Positions 63,633-64,000 of a stretch of 64,000 nt of DNA are shown here, piece by piece. The stretch lies in NCBI RefSeq assembly GCF_001194135.2, contig NC_068986.1, forward strand, positions 95,758,706 through 95,822,705. Direction: 5' to 3'. Each line of letters starts with the position of its first letter. The stretch's first letter is position 1. The position numbers were made by a program, and so were the translations under genes. The notes under the pieces are model-generated. The model made no database searches. It was not told the DNA's origin and saw nothing but the letters and a program-made list of their open reading frames with translations. The stretch is from Octopus bimaculoides (Eukaryota).

Positions 63633-64000
63633 CAGGTACACGACACTGCTTTTCCTCTTCCCAGGCTACAGGCCCACACCCCCAACACCCATACTGTTAG
63701 GATTGGCACTCTCAACGTCGGCACGCTGAAAGGTAGATCTGGTGAAATTGTTGAGATGCTTGAACGGAGATGCGTAGATATGTGCTGCATCCAGGAAGTA
63801 AGATGGAGAGGAGGTTCTGCAAGGTTCCTCACAGGCAAAGAACACAGGTACAAGATTTTCTGGGCAGGGAACACTGACGGGGTCGGGGGCGTAGGAATAC
63901 TTCTAGCGGAGAAATGGGTGGATAAGGTAATCGAGGTCGTTAGAGTAAGTGACAGAGTACTTAAGATCAGACTAGTGCTTCATCATAGATTAGCTACTGT
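63633..64000 (+). mobile_element. RTE LINE apurinic-endonuclease domain, open to the window edge
   Basis: Stop-free frame RIGTLNVGTLKGRSGEIVEMLERRCVDMCCIQEVRW...GVGGVGILLAEKW...VSDRVLKIRL: APE motifs I-III of an RTE ORF. Confidence 0.92.

Overview
AT-rich, microsatellite- and retroposon-dense eukaryotic DNA with many N gaps. The repeat landscape looks like an octopod cephalopod genome (inference). The one host gene I can support is RNF121 (membrane RING E3 ligase) on the minus strand. Six coding exons (39467-39402, 17486-17446, 11203-11062, 8121-7967, 3705-3477, 2026-1893) splice in frame into ~255 codons; the remaining 3' exons lie beyond the left edge. The last visible intron starts with a U12-type (minor spliceosome) donor, GTATCCTTT. 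The rest is mostly mobile DNA: RTE LINE 3' tails plus one open RTE endonuclease frame at the right edge, CR1-like LINE remnants, several tRNA-derived SINE families, Tc1/mariner (DD37D maT and mariner) derivatives, and hAT-, pogo-, piggyBac- and Merlin/MULE-like MITEs. The most striking unexplained structure is a 424-bp insertion (1171-1594) with a 13-bp TSD inside the U12 intron. It is a head-to-head inverted dimer of a tRNA-like Pol III head fused to a Penelope-type minimal hammerhead ribozyme tail. The RNF121 introns also hold several other long fold-back hairpins, including one that places a putative branch point in its loop next to a non-YAG acceptor. All calls were made by eye without database searches.
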